Notes: generated from the letters alone by a model not told the origin. A stretch of DNA of 32,753 bases from a virus (IMGVR_UViG_3300010047_000009:1-32753), one strand, 5' to 3'. Positions 16,484 through 25,291 are shown, counted from the stretch's first letter. Translations and numbers: made by a program.

Positions 16484-16812
16484 TGCGCGACTACGGCAAC
16501 ACCAACGCGGCGCCCTATGCGAGCGCGCCGGCGGTCGGGCTGGCGGGCGACACGTACTGGAGCACCGCGGCGAAAGTCCTCTATGTGTCCGATGGCACGG
16601 CGTGGATCGCGGTGGGGCCGGGGGCGGGGGGGCCTCCGAGCGGCAGCGCCGGGGGGTCGTTAGCGGGCAGCTATCCCAACCCGACCCTTGCCGCGAGCGG
16701 GGTGACGGCAGGCAGCTACGGCGATGCGCGGACGATTCCGACCGTCACCGTCACTGCCGAGGGGCGGATTTCGGCCGTGACGACGGTGACCTTGATCGCG
16801 CAGTGGAAGTGA
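16483..16812 (+). CDS. small fibre-like virion protein
   Basis: [20 protein letters not shown] and [16 protein letters not shown] motifs; TGATG coupling. Confidence 0.7.
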   Translation: MRDYGNTNAAPYASAPAVGLAGDTYWSTAAKVLYVSDGTAWIAVGPGAGGPPSGSAGGSLAGSYPNPTLAASGVTAGSYGDARTIPTVTVTAEGRISAVTTVTLIAQWK

Positions 16813-16848
16813 GCGCCGCCCGCTGCCAACCGGGCGTGGCACGGGGAC

Positions 16849-16888
16849 TTGACGCGTGGGGGGGGCGAATGGCACACGGCCCGTCCCG
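16849..16888 (+). promoter_or_regulatory. late promoter motif, copy B
   Basis: TTGAC-N20-ACACGGCCCGTCCCG in the intergenic gap before the lysis cassette. Confidence 0.6.
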
Positions 16889-16991
16889 GCGAGGCTAATG
16901 GCGAGGCCCCCTGAGCCGGTCGGCCACGATTATCGCACCGCCCCCGGTGTGTCCCTCGAGGTCGGCCGGCTCCCCCCCCCGGGGTAAGCAG

Positions 16992-17558
16992 ATGCGCCGG
17001 GTCGGGGGCGTTGGGGTCGTCTTGGTGCTGGTGGCGGCCGAGACGGTGGGAGCATGTCCACCCGGCAAGGGCGGGCTCTCCGCCATTCGCACCAAGGGCG
17101 CGTTTTGTTTGACGGTCTGCAAGTCGAAGCAGCCGGGGCCTCCGGGTCCGCCGGGGCTGCCGGGCGTGGCTGGGACGGTTGGCCCGGTCGGTCCGGTGGG
17201 TCCGGCGGGCCCTCCGGGTCGCGATGGGGCGCCAGGAGTGGTCGGGCCGAGCGGTGCGCCCGGTCCGACGGGCCCCGGGCTGGCGCTGCGGCCAAAAGTG
17301 GCCACGTCGGGGGTGCTCGAGCGGCCGATCGCGGGGACCTTGGTGACGCTCACAGCCGAATGCGACCCGGGGACGGTGCCGGTCGGCGGTGGGCTCACGA
17401 ATGTGGTGGGAAATCCGCAGGATGAGCCCCGCACGCATCTTCTGGACTCCGGGCCGACGGCCACGGGCTGGCATTCGGACGCCACCGTGGTCTCGACGTT
17501 CTCGTTTGGCGGCACGCTCGAGGTCTTGGTGACCGTCCTCTGTATGGAGGCGCCGTAG
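16992..17558 (+). CDS. collagen-like protein with N-terminal signal/anchor
   Basis: MRR plus hydrophobic stretch, about 16 Gly-X-Y triplets, C-terminal [13 protein letters not shown] domain. Confidence 0.75.
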   Translation: MRRVGGVGVVLVLVAAETVGACPPGKGGLSAIRTKGAFCLTVCKSKQPGPPGPPGLPGVAGTVGPVGPVGPAGPPGRDGAPGVVGPSGAPGPTGPGLALRPKVATSGVLERPIAGTLVTLTAECDPGTVPVGGGLTNVVGNPQDEPRTHLLDSGPTATGWHSDATVVSTFSFGGTLEVLVTVLCMEAP

Positions 17559-17560
17559 CG

Positions 17561-17872
17561 ATGGGGGCACCTGGGGGGGTCGGGGCCGGGGCGGGTGGCT
17601 TGGCGGGGATCGCGCAAGTGGTTGCGCAGGTTGGGTTTCCGGTGGTCGTCGCCGGGGTGCTCCTCTGGTTCCTCTTGACGAAGTTTCAGGACACCATGCT
17701 GACGATCACGGCGCGGATGGAGGCGAATACGGATGCCGCGGAGCACGTGATGGAGGTCCAAGCGGCTGAAATGGCTGAGTTAAAGGCCCAAACGATCGAG
17801 TTACAGCGCCAGACGGGGCTGATGCAGCGGTTTTTGGACCTCCGCGAGCGCCCCTCGGGGCACACGCCGTGA
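17561..17872 (+). CDS. putative holin (one TM plus coiled coil)
   Basis: [19 protein letters not shown] segment; immediately upstream of the endolysin. Confidence 0.55.
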   Translation: MGAPGGVGAGAGGLAGIAQVVAQVGFPVVVAGVLLWFLLTKFQDTMLTITARMEANTDAAEHVMEVQAAEMAELKAQTIELQRQTGLMQRFLDLRERPSGHTP

Positions 17873-17888
17873 TGGGGAGGGTGCACGC

Positions 17889-18485
17889 ATGATTCATCGC
17901 ACCTATTTCTTCGATTCCGTGCGCTATTACCTCGATTCCAACCAATCTTTGACCCAAGATCAGGTCGATGGGCTCAATTCCTTGCTCGATTACTACGAAA
18001 TGGTCGGGATTGAGGGCTCGGGAGACTATGAGGACCGCTATTTTGCCTATATTTGCGCCACGACGTGGCACGAGACCGCCGCGACGTGTCAACCGATCGC
18101 GGAATACGGGAAAGGCGCCGGAAAACCCTATGGGAAACCCGCCGGACCCTATGGGCAGGTCTATTATGGTCGCGGCTACGTGCAATTGACCTGGTATGAC
18201 AACTACGTCGCGCAGGATACGAAACTCGGGCTCAATTCCGAGCTCGTCAAAAACCCGGATCTCGCGCTCGACCCCGATCTTGCCACCAAGATCCTCTTCG
18301 GCGGCATGCGGGACGGCGATTTCACCGGCAAGCGGCTGTCCGATTACTTCACTGAGACGCTGACGGACTGGTACAATGCGCGCCGCATCGTGAATGCGAC
18401 CGACCAGGCCTCGTTGATCGCTGGCTACGGAGAAAAGTTCTTGAACGCGATCGCGCACACGTTCCCGCCGCCGCGTGCGGCGTAG
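17889..18485 (+). CDS. endolysin, glycoside hydrolase family 19-like
   Basis: AYICATTWHET, YYGRGYVQLTW.DNY, LVKNPDLAL, FTGKRLSDY and ARRIVN motifs. Confidence 0.88.
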   Translation: MIHRTYFFDSVRYYLDSNQSLTQDQVDGLNSLLDYYEMVGIEGSGDYEDRYFAYICATTWHETAATCQPIAEYGKGAGKPYGKPAGPYGQVYYGRGYVQLTWYDNYVAQDTKLGLNSELVKNPDLALDPDLATKILFGGMRDGDFTGKRLSDYFTETLTDWYNARRIVNATDQASLIAGYGEKFLNAIAHTFPPPRAA

Positions 18486-18498
18486 AGGAGAGCTTGAG

Positions 18499-18627
18499 AT
18501 GACGACCGAGCGCCGCCCCGAGGACGAGACCCCGCCACCCGTCCCGCCACCCGACGAGGACGCCGTCAAGGACTTGGAGGACCCCGAGCCCGTCGGGCCC
18601 AAGGAGCCCGCGGACGAAGGCGCGTAG
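18499..18627 (+). CDS. small acidic Pro-rich ORF (42 aa), in frame with the terminase nuclease gene
   Basis: GAGGAG RBS; ends TAG-CCG-ATG in the frame of 18631. Confidence 0.55.
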   Translation: MTTERRPEDETPPPVPPPDEDAVKDLEDPEPVGPKEPADEGA

Positions 18628-18630
18628 CCG

Positions 18631-19500
18631 ATGCCGTTTCTCGGTGCTCGCGGGGCCGCGCCCGACCCGCGGGGCACCGCCGCACAGCCGATGCCGGGCG
18701 TGACGGAGTGGCGCTGCCCGCGCAACGGCGTCCACGTCGTCGAAGTGCACTACACCGCCGATCCGGCGAAGCGCGACCCCGCGTGGAAGCGCGAAGCGAT
18801 GCGCGGCATGCCGCCGCGCGGCTGGCAACGTGAAATGGAGATCGCGTTCGACCTGGCTGGCGGCGAGCCGGTCTTGCCGGAATACGTCCCGGCGGAGATG
18901 CGCCGCCCCTTTCCGGTCAATGCCTCCGCCCGGCTCCTGCGCGGCTGGGATTTTGGCCAGGTCTGTCCCGTGACCGTGTTTGCGCAGCTCGACGTGCATG
19001 GTCGGCTCGGCTTCGTCGCCGAGCTGGTGCTCGAGCACGCCAACCTGACGGCGCAAATCGAGGCCACCAAGGCCATGACGATTGAGCTGGTTGGCCCGGG
19101 CGCAAACTGCTTTGACGCGGGCGACCCGGAGGCGTTGCACGAGATGGAGCTCGGGTCAATTCGCGCGGTCCTCTTAAAGCACGGGATCATCTTGCAGACC
19201 TTCGCGCGTAGCAGCGACACGTCCTACAACAACCTGCGCGACCGGCTCTTGCGCCGCGTGCGCATTCCCGGCGAGGAGGTGCCGAGTCCGGCGTTGCTTG
19301 TCGACCCGCGCTGCCCGATCCTCCATTCGGCGTTCTCGGGCGGGTTTGCGCGGCATCAGAAGACCGGGAAACCCATGCCCACGCACCCCTACAAGGACGT
19401 CGTCGACGCCGCGCGCTACTTGCACGACAACTTGCAGGGCTCGAGCTCGGACTGGATGCAGAAGCTCCAGCGCATCGCGCGCGCGGATTGCGCATGGTGA
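18631..19500 (+). CDS. terL: terminase large subunit, C-terminal nuclease domain only
   Basis: HYTADP, WQREMEIAF, RGWDFG, DAGDP and KDVVDAARY (RNase H-fold acidic motifs); no Walker motifs; directly upstream of the portal. Confidence 0.85.
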   Translation: MPFLGARGAAPDPRGTAAQPMPGVTEWRCPRNGVHVVEVHYTADPAKRDPAWKREAMRGMPPRGWQREMEIAFDLAGGEPVLPEYVPAEMRRPFPVNASARLLRGWDFGQVCPVTVFAQLDVHGRLGFVAELVLEHANLTAQIEATKAMTIELVGPGANCFDAGDPEALHEMELGSIRAVLLKHGIILQTFARSSDTSYNNLRDRLLRRVRIPGEEVPSPALLVDPRCPILHSAFSGGFARHQKTGKPMPTHPYKDVVDAARYLHDNLQGSSSDWMQKLQRIARADCAW

Positions 19501-19540
19501 TTGACGACCCGGGGGGCCGGCGGGTACACGGGCCGCCCCG
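19501..19540 (+). promoter_or_regulatory. late promoter motif, copy C
   Basis: TTGAC-N20-ACACGGGCCGCCCCG before the portal gene. Confidence 0.6.
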
Positions 19541-19555
19541 AGGCTAAGGCTCGGG

Positions 19556-22042
19556 ATGCCACGACGCACCGCGGGCGGGGCTGCCGCCGAAACGCTCTCG
19601 CCGGCACGCGGCGAGGCGCCGAAGAATCTCGCGCTCGACCCGCTCATTGTCGAGCGGGTCAAAAACGAGTTGGTGCCGCTCGTCCGTCGCACCCGCCAGG
19701 AGCGCAACGGCGTGCTCCGCGAGCGCTGGCTCCGCTATTACCGCATCTGGAGCGTGCGGCACGACCGCCAGGGCTACGTCGGGCGGTCAAATACCTATTT
19801 CCCGGTTGGCCGCCGCTGGATTGAGCAATGGGTCACGCGCCTCAAGCGCGATCTCTTTCCCGACCAGGACTGGTTTGCGTGCCGCGCGTTGCGCGAAGAT
19901 TTTGAGGCGCGCGTGCCCGCCAAGCAGGCATTGGCGGCCTATTGGATGCGCCGCCACATGCGGCTCCGCAAGCACGCGCTGCCGTGGCTCCGCCAGCTCG
20001 TCATGTATGGCACATCCCCGGTGCGCAACGTCTGGCGTGCCGTCGAGCACGAGCAAACGGTGCTCCGCGACGTCCTCGACGACGACGGCCAGCCATCGGG
20101 AAAAACGATTGAGCAAGTGGAAAAGGTGGCGGACTTCCTCGGCCCGACCTTCGAGCCCGTCGACCTTTTCGCGTTCTACGTCTGGCCGCCGACCGCCGCT
20201 GGGCTCGAGGACTGCACGCTCGTCTTCGAGGATCGGTGTGTGCCGCGGAGCCGGGTCTATGCCTTGGCCACGAAGCCCCTCGACCCCTCCAACCCGAAAG
20301 CCGGCAACGTGTATGAGGGGGTTGACGAGCTGGTCGCGCTCTACGACCAGGCGATGCAAAACCGCACGGGCGGGCAAGCGGGTCGCAACCCCGAGAAATT
20401 TGACGCGCTCGCCATCCGGTTAGCGGATAAGGGATTCACCGCCCCGCTCGACTTTAACGTCCCCGCCGCCCTCCGCCCGCTCGACCTGACGGAATGCATG
20501 TGGACGGTGGACCTCGAGGACGACGAGCCGGCCCGCTACTTGGTCACGCTCGGCGCCGACGAGGTCCCCTTACGCGTGCAACGCCGGCCGTTCTGGCACG
20601 GCGGTACGCAATGGCTCGTCGGCCGGTTTCAGCAAATTCCCGAGGAATTCTACGGCCGCGGGCTCTGCGAGCTCTTTGACTATCTGCAGTATTTCGTCAA
20701 CGACCTCGGCAACCAGTCGGGTGACGCCTTTGTCTGGTCAACCAACCCGATCGCCGTGGTTGACATTGGTGCCGTTCAGGACCCGACCAGTCTGCGCATG
20801 GCGCCGGGTGCCAAGTGGCTCGCCAATCCCGCCGGCGTGCAGTTCACCACGCCACCCCAAGGAGCGGCCACCGCCGGCTTTACCGCCGTCCAGGGCTACG
20901 TCGGGCTGGCCGATACCTTGGTCGCGCCGACGCCCGCACGGCCGATGGCGCCCAATCAGCAGACCGGCGCGCAGGATTCCGCGGGCTTGGCGGCCCAGCT
21001 CGCCGATAGCGCCGTCGACATTCGCGCCGTCATTGAAAGCCTCGAGGACGAGGTGATGGTACCGCTCCTTGAGCGCTCTGACATTCTCACGCAGCAGTGC
21101 TTGGACCGGGACATTATCTTAAAGGTGGCGGGCAAGGATGGGATGGAACTCGTCGAGCACCCGATCACGGTCGCCGACTTGGTCGGCGAGTACGAGTGGG
21201 AATGGCTCGGCACGACCACGGCGCAGAATCAGCAGGTCCGCGCGCAGCAGATGATCCAAGGCGTGGCGCTGATGAGCCAAATTCCACCGGACCAATTGGC
21301 CGCGCAGGGCGTTACCATCGACTGGCCGTACATCTTGCGCACCTTCTGGTCGGTTGGCTTGGGGCTCCCCGATGCCGACCGGGTCGTTAAAACCGGAAAA
21401 GACGTCCAGCCGAATGATTGGCGCTGGGAGAATGCGCTCGCCCGCGTGAACCGCGCCGACGAGCTCCGCGTCTCCCCGCAAGACGATCATACCGCGCACG
21501 TCCAGGGCCACCAGCATCTATTAGATAGTGACAGCCTGACCGAGGACGCCCGGCTCGGGCTCCAGACCCACATTCACCACCATATCGGGCTGCAGATTGC
21601 CGCCGAGGCGCAAGCACTCGCGCAGTCGATGGCGACGCTTGCAGGGCCGCCCGGCATGCCCGGCCCGCCGCCGGGAGCGCCTCCGCCTGGTATCGGGCCG
21701 CTGCCTGGTGGACCGCCGATGCCACCTCCCCCGGGGGCGCTCCCGCCGGCCGGGCCACCACCTCCCATGGGCCCGCCGCCCATGCCGCCGCCGCTCCCGG
21801 TCGGCCCGGGAGGGCCGCCGCCCCCTCCTTATATAGCGGGCGTGCCGAACGCGGGGATCAACGAGCTCGCGTCCCGGCTCCGTGGCCCGGACTTTGGCGC
21901 CCCGCGGCCGCATAGTGGCTCGCGCGACCGGGCCAAGGCGCTGATGGGCATTCGGCCCCCGGCCCCGCTCGGGCAAGGGCGAATTGGAAAGACCCGTACG
22001 CTGGCCGATCTTTTCCGCGGCCTGCCGCGGCTTCCGAGGTGA
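19556..22042 (+). CDS. portal protein with Pro-rich C-terminal tail
   Basis: 828 aa; MYGTSP, EEFYGRGL..QYFVN and LRMAPGAKW motifs of podovirus-type portals; position after terminase. Confidence 0.85.
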   Translation: MPRRTAGGAAAETLSPARGEAPKNLALDPLIVERVKNELVPLVRRTRQERNGVLRERWLRYYRIWSVRHDRQGYVGRSNTYFPVGRRWIEQWVTRLKRDLFPDQDWFACRALREDFEARVPAKQALAAYWMRRHMRLRKHALPWLRQLVMYGTSPVRNVWRAVEHEQTVLRDVLDDDGQPSGKTIEQVEKVADFLGPTFEPVDLFAFYVWPPTAAGLEDCTLVFEDRCVPRSRVYALATKPLDPSNPKAGNVYEGVDELVALYDQAMQNRTGGQAGRNPEKFDALAIRLADKGFTAPLDFNVPAALRPLDLTECMWTVDLEDDEPARYLVTLGADEVPLRVQRRPFWHGGTQWLVGRFQQIPEEFYGRGLCELFDYLQYFVNDLGNQSGDAFVWSTNPIAVVDIGAVQDPTSLRMAPGAKWLANPAGVQFTTPPQGAATAGFTAVQGYVGLADTLVAPTPARPMAPNQQTGAQDSAGLAAQLADSAVDIRAVIESLEDEVMVPLLERSDILTQQCLDRDIILKVAGKDGMELVEHPITVADLVGEYEWEWLGTTTAQNQQVRAQQMIQGVALMSQIPPDQLAAQGVTIDWPYILRTFWSVGLGLPDADRVVKTGKDVQPNDWRWENALARVNRADELRVSPQDDHTAHVQGHQHLLDSDSLTEDARLGLQTHIHHHIGLQIAAEAQALAQSMATLAGPPGMPGPPPGAPPPGIGPLPGGPPMPPPPGALPPAGPPPPMGPPPMPPPLPVGPGGPPPPPYIAGVPNAGINELASRLRGPDFGAPRPHSGSRDRAKALMGIRPPAPLGQGRIGKTRTLADLFRGLPRLPR

Positions 22043-22045
22043 CCT

Positions 22046-22615
22046 ATGATTGTCAAACGCGGCAAGCGCTACGTCCTGAAGAGCAAGGAGTCGGGCCGCA
22101 CGCTCGGCGTGCATCCGAGCCGGATGGCCGCCGAGCGGCAAGAGACGGCAATCAACATGTCGAAGGCGCGGGCTGCGGGGCACAAGCTCCCGCCGCCGCC
22201 GGATGAGAGGGGCGAAACGATGCGGAAGATTCGGAGCGGCAAGGCCAAGTTCCTTGTGCCGTTCATCCTTTTCGCCGCCCTACCGGCTCGGGCCGCGAGC
22301 GTGTCGTGCGCGTCGGGCACGCTCACCCCAACCGCCATGGCGGCAACCGGCCCGAGCGCCAATGTCCTCGTTGCCCGGGCGGCCCCGGCCGTTGTCTTCC
22401 AGACGATCCGCACGGCGGGCACGGCCACGGTGCAAATCGAGATCTCGTGCGATGGGACGAATTGGGCCGCGCTGCAAAATTCCGCCGTGACCGTGGACGG
22501 CACGACCACCTCGGCGGCCGTGTCGATCTTATCGCCGACCTGTACGTACCGGGCCAACGTGACGGCGTGCACAACCTGTTCCGTGACGGTCCTCTATGCG
22601 TGCTCTGGCCCGTAA
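22046..22615 (+). CDS. two-part ORF: small basic phage domain followed by a signal-peptide Cys-containing protein (internal start 22220)
   Basis: MIVKRGKRYVLKSK..GRTLGVH..., then GAGAGGGG-ATG MRKIRSGKAKFLVPFILFAALPARA. Confidence 0.65.
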   Translation: MIVKRGKRYVLKSKESGRTLGVHPSRMAAERQETAINMSKARAAGHKLPPPPDERGETMRKIRSGKAKFLVPFILFAALPARAASVSCASGTLTPTAMAATGPSANVLVARAAPAVVFQTIRTAGTATVQIEISCDGTNWAALQNSAVTVDGTTTSAAVSILSPTCTYRANVTACTTCSVTVLYACSGP

Positions 22616-23555
22616 TGCCGTCGCAGCGCTCCTGCTTGCCAGCGCCGCCGCCGCGCAACCGGCCAACCCCACGCGCGGCCCCGCCTTTGGTGGCTATGGC
22701 CCGGCGCACAGCGGCTATGGCCCCGCGGCCGGCGTGACGCGGCCAGCGCCGGCCGCATTTCCGATTGCCGACTATGCGGCGGTCGCGTTCGACGCCGACT
22801 CCGTGAAGCAGGCCGACGGCTCGGAAGTGCTCGCGTGGGCAAACGTGGGGGGCGCGGGAGCCGCGCTCGATGCGAGTGCCACGACGGGCACCGCGCCGAC
22901 GTACTATAACAACGTCGTCAACGGCCACGGGGCGGTCCGATTCGGTGGGACCAACCAGTTTATCCAGACTACCGCCGACGTCCCGATGACGGATCGGTGT
23001 AGCCTCATCGCGGTCGTGCGATTCACCTCCGCGACGGCAAGCTACCCGATGATCGCGATTCTTGGGAATCTTGCTAAGATCGAATTGCGTGGGTATTCGA
23101 CGCAGCTCCGCCTAAACTACCTGTACGTTGGAGGGGCGGGAATAGTCGTCGGCGCTGCCGACGCGGTCGCATTGAACGAGTGGCACATTCTAGAAGGGGT
23201 CTACAACCTCGCGGCGGCCTTTATGTTCATCGACGGAACGCAGAAGGGTACGCAAACGGGTGCCGCCGCCGATCCCGGCACCCCACGGCCACTCGTGCTG
23301 GGGCACCGTGTAGGGACAAGCTATCAGTTGGTTGGGGACATCGCCTACGTGCTCGCCGTGACGACCGATCTCGCGGTGGCGAATCGACAGAATCTAGAGG
23401 GTCAGCTCGCGTGGCGGTACGGTCTGCAGGGCAATCTCCCGCCGGGCCATCCATACCATGACACCCCCCCGACCGGCCTCGCCCGCAAGACGCCGGCGAG
23501 CACGACCACGAGCACGACGACGACGCCGACGAGCACGATCACCACGACGACCTAA
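22596..23555 (+). CDS. signal-peptide protein with LamG/ConA-like domain and Thr-rich tail
   Basis: MRALARNAVAALLLASAAAA signal; NEWHILEGVY..MFIDG, GDIAYVL and LEGQLAWRYG motifs. Confidence 0.7.
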   Translation: MRALARNAVAALLLASAAAAQPANPTRGPAFGGYGPAHSGYGPAAGVTRPAPAAFPIADYAAVAFDADSVKQADGSEVLAWANVGGAGAALDASATTGTAPTYYNNVVNGHGAVRFGGTNQFIQTTADVPMTDRCSLIAVVRFTSATASYPMIAILGNLAKIELRGYSTQLRLNYLYVGGAGIVVGAADAVALNEWHILEGVYNLAAAFMFIDGTQKGTQTGAAADPGTPRPLVLGHRVGTSYQLVGDIAYVLAVTTDLAVANRQNLEGQLAWRYGLQGNLPPGHPYHDTPPTGLARKTPASTTTSTTTTPTSTITTTT

Positions 23556-23575
23556 CGGGGTGGAAGGAGGCAGGC

Positions 23576-23776
23576 ATGGAATTGATCCAACTCGTCGTGA
23601 TCCTCATCGTGATCGGCGTGTTGCTCTGGCTCGTCAACAACTACGGCGGGCAATTCATGGACGCGAACATTTTGAAGATCATCAACGCCGTGGTGGTCAT
23701 TGCCGTTGTGCTCTGGCTACTCCTCTGGCTTCTCACCGTCGCGGGCGTCTCGCCGCACATGCGCGTCGGCCCCTAA
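23576..23776 (+). CDS. small two-TM membrane protein (Thivi_2564-like)
   Basis: LIVIGVLLWLVN...MDANILKIINAVVVIAVVLWLL; AGGAGG RBS. Confidence 0.75.
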   Translation: MELIQLVVILIVIGVLLWLVNNYGGQFMDANILKIINAVVVIAVVLWLLLWLLTVAGVSPHMRVGP

Positions 23777-23789
23777 ACCGCGCCGGGGC

Positions 23790-23830
23790 TTGACAACCCC
23801 CGGGGGTCGGGCGCTACACGGCCCGCCCCG
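23790..23830 (+). promoter_or_regulatory. late promoter motif, copy D
   Basis: TTGAC-N21-ACACGGCCCGCCCCG, 2 nt before ATG 23833. Confidence 0.6.
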
Positions 23831-23832
23831 AC

Positions 23833-24204
23833 ATGGCACGCAAACGCGGCGCGGTCGGGAACGGCAAGGGAAAAGCCCTCGTGCCGCCGCTGAAGGGCGC
23901 CGCCGCGACGCCGCCCTCCCGGCCCGTGCGCGGCCGGGTGGCGGTTGCCATGCCGGTCCTCGCGGTCGCGCCGACCCGCCGGCGCATGGGGCCGCCCCCG
24001 CCGGGACGGAACCCGCCGCCGCGGATGACGCCGCCGGCCCCGCCCGCACCGACGCGTGGCGTCCCGCCCGTGACCGCCCCGCAGCCTGCGCGCGTGCCGC
24101 CGCCGCCTCCACCGCTGCGGCCGTCAAGCACCTCACCCCTGATGCGGCAACGCGGCGCCCGGCAAACGATGGCGGCCATGCGCCGCGGAGCGGTGCCCTT
24201 CTAA
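23833..24204 (+). CDS. basic Pro/Arg-rich protein
   Basis: Follows promoter motif D; TAATG coupling to the next gene. Confidence 0.55.
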   Translation: MARKRGAVGNGKGKALVPPLKGAAATPPSRPVRGRVAVAMPVLAVAPTRRRMGPPPPGRNPPPRMTPPAPPAPTRGVPPVTAPQPARVPPPPPPLRPSSTSPLMRQRGARQTMAAMRRGAVPF

Positions 24205-24545
24205 TGTTCGGCCCACCCGCCGGTGTCGACCCCGACGAGCTCGCCCAACTGGTCCGCGACCTCGAGGTGAGCGGGTATCACGCCGCGCTGCGCACCTACG
24301 TCGAGGCTCGCATTGCACAGCTCTTGGTCGACGACGTGACGACGGCCGATGTCGCCATGAAACGTCGCGGGCAGGTCGAGGAGCTGCAGCGGCTCATCAT
24401 GCCGCTCTTCGTCAGGTCGCTGGCGCTCTCGGCACTGGCCAAGCGCGCCGAAGCACGCGCCGGCCTCGAGGACATCCGCCGCGCACGTGAGATGCCGGCC
24501 CGGGACTGGTGGATCGATCCCGTCGGCGAGGAGCCGGTGCCCTGA
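24204..24545 (+). CDS. hypothetical head-module protein
   Basis: MFGPPAGVDPDELAQL...RRGQVEEL; coupled on both sides. Confidence 0.65.
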   Translation: MFGPPAGVDPDELAQLVRDLEVSGYHAALRTYVEARIAQLLVDDVTTADVAMKRRGQVEELQRLIMPLFVRSLALSALAKRAEARAGLEDIRRAREMPARDWWIDPVGEEPVP

Positions 24546-25291
24546 TGGCTGACGAGCAACCAACCGCCCCCGCCCCCGAGAGCCCCGCCCCCGACGCGCC
24601 GGCCCCCGAGGCCGGCGCCCCGCCGGCGGAGGACTGGGGCGCACGCTTCTCGCGGCTCGAGGGGCAGCTCGCCGAGGAGCGCGCGCAACGGGCAGCCTTG
24701 GAGGGGACCTTACGCCTCCTCGCCCCGCAGCCGCCGCGGCAGCAAGGCGCCATGCCGCTGGTGCGGCTCCCGCGGGAGGACGCGTTGCGCATCGCGGCGA
24801 CCCTCGGCGGGCAGTGGACCGAGGAGGCGGTGCAGTCCCATGCGCCGATCTTCGCCGCGTTCATGGAGACGCTCGCGGCGCCACTCTTGGCCGGCCTCGA
24901 GGGGATGGCCGATACCGTCGACTTGATCCAGGTCCGGCAAGACGTGCCGCAGTACGAAACCCAGGCCGAGGAAGCCGACCGCGTGCGCATGGACTACCGG
25001 CAACGCGGCCAGGTGATCACCCGCAAACAGGCGATCGCGCTCGTAAAGGCGAGGAGAATGGACGACCCGAAATACGTGGATACGCTGGTCGAGGAGCGCG
25101 CCAAGCAGCGCACCGCCGAGCAGGCGCAGCGGGCCAGTGCCGCCGCCGGGGCCGTGACTGAGGGTGGGGCGACTGCGCAGAAAGCCGGCCCGGAGCCGAC
25201 CAAGGGACCGCGCACGCCGCCGACGCCCGAGCAATTCCGGCAGATGTCGCTCGAGGAGAAACGCAAGGCGCTCGAGGGCGCCGCGCTCTAA
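24545..25291 (+). CDS. capsid scaffolding protein
   Basis: Acidic Pro-rich N-terminus, coiled coils, C-terminal FRQMSLEEKRK; immediately before the capsid gene. Confidence 0.7.
   Translation: MADEQPTAPAPESPAPDAPAPEAGAPPAEDWGARFSRLEGQLAEERAQRAALEGTLRLLAPQPPRQQGAMPLVRLPREDALRIAATLGGQWTEEAVQSHAPIFAAFMETLAAPLLAGLEGMADTVDLIQVRQDVPQYETQAEEADRVRMDYRQRGQVITRKQAIALVKARRMDDPKYVDTLVEERAKQRTAEQAQRASAAAGAVTEGGATAQKAGPEPTKGPRTPPTPEQFRQMSLEEKRKALEGAAL

Noticed and set aside
18625-18627. Genome-wide TAG recoding
   Set aside because: TAG ends many genes with tight coupling to the next gene (for example 28119, 31101), and genes are not fragmented under the standard code.
11473-19500. Intron- or intein-mediated joining of the terminase halves
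   Set aside because: The halves are on opposite strands; no intein termini (C/S start, HN end) or intron features seen.
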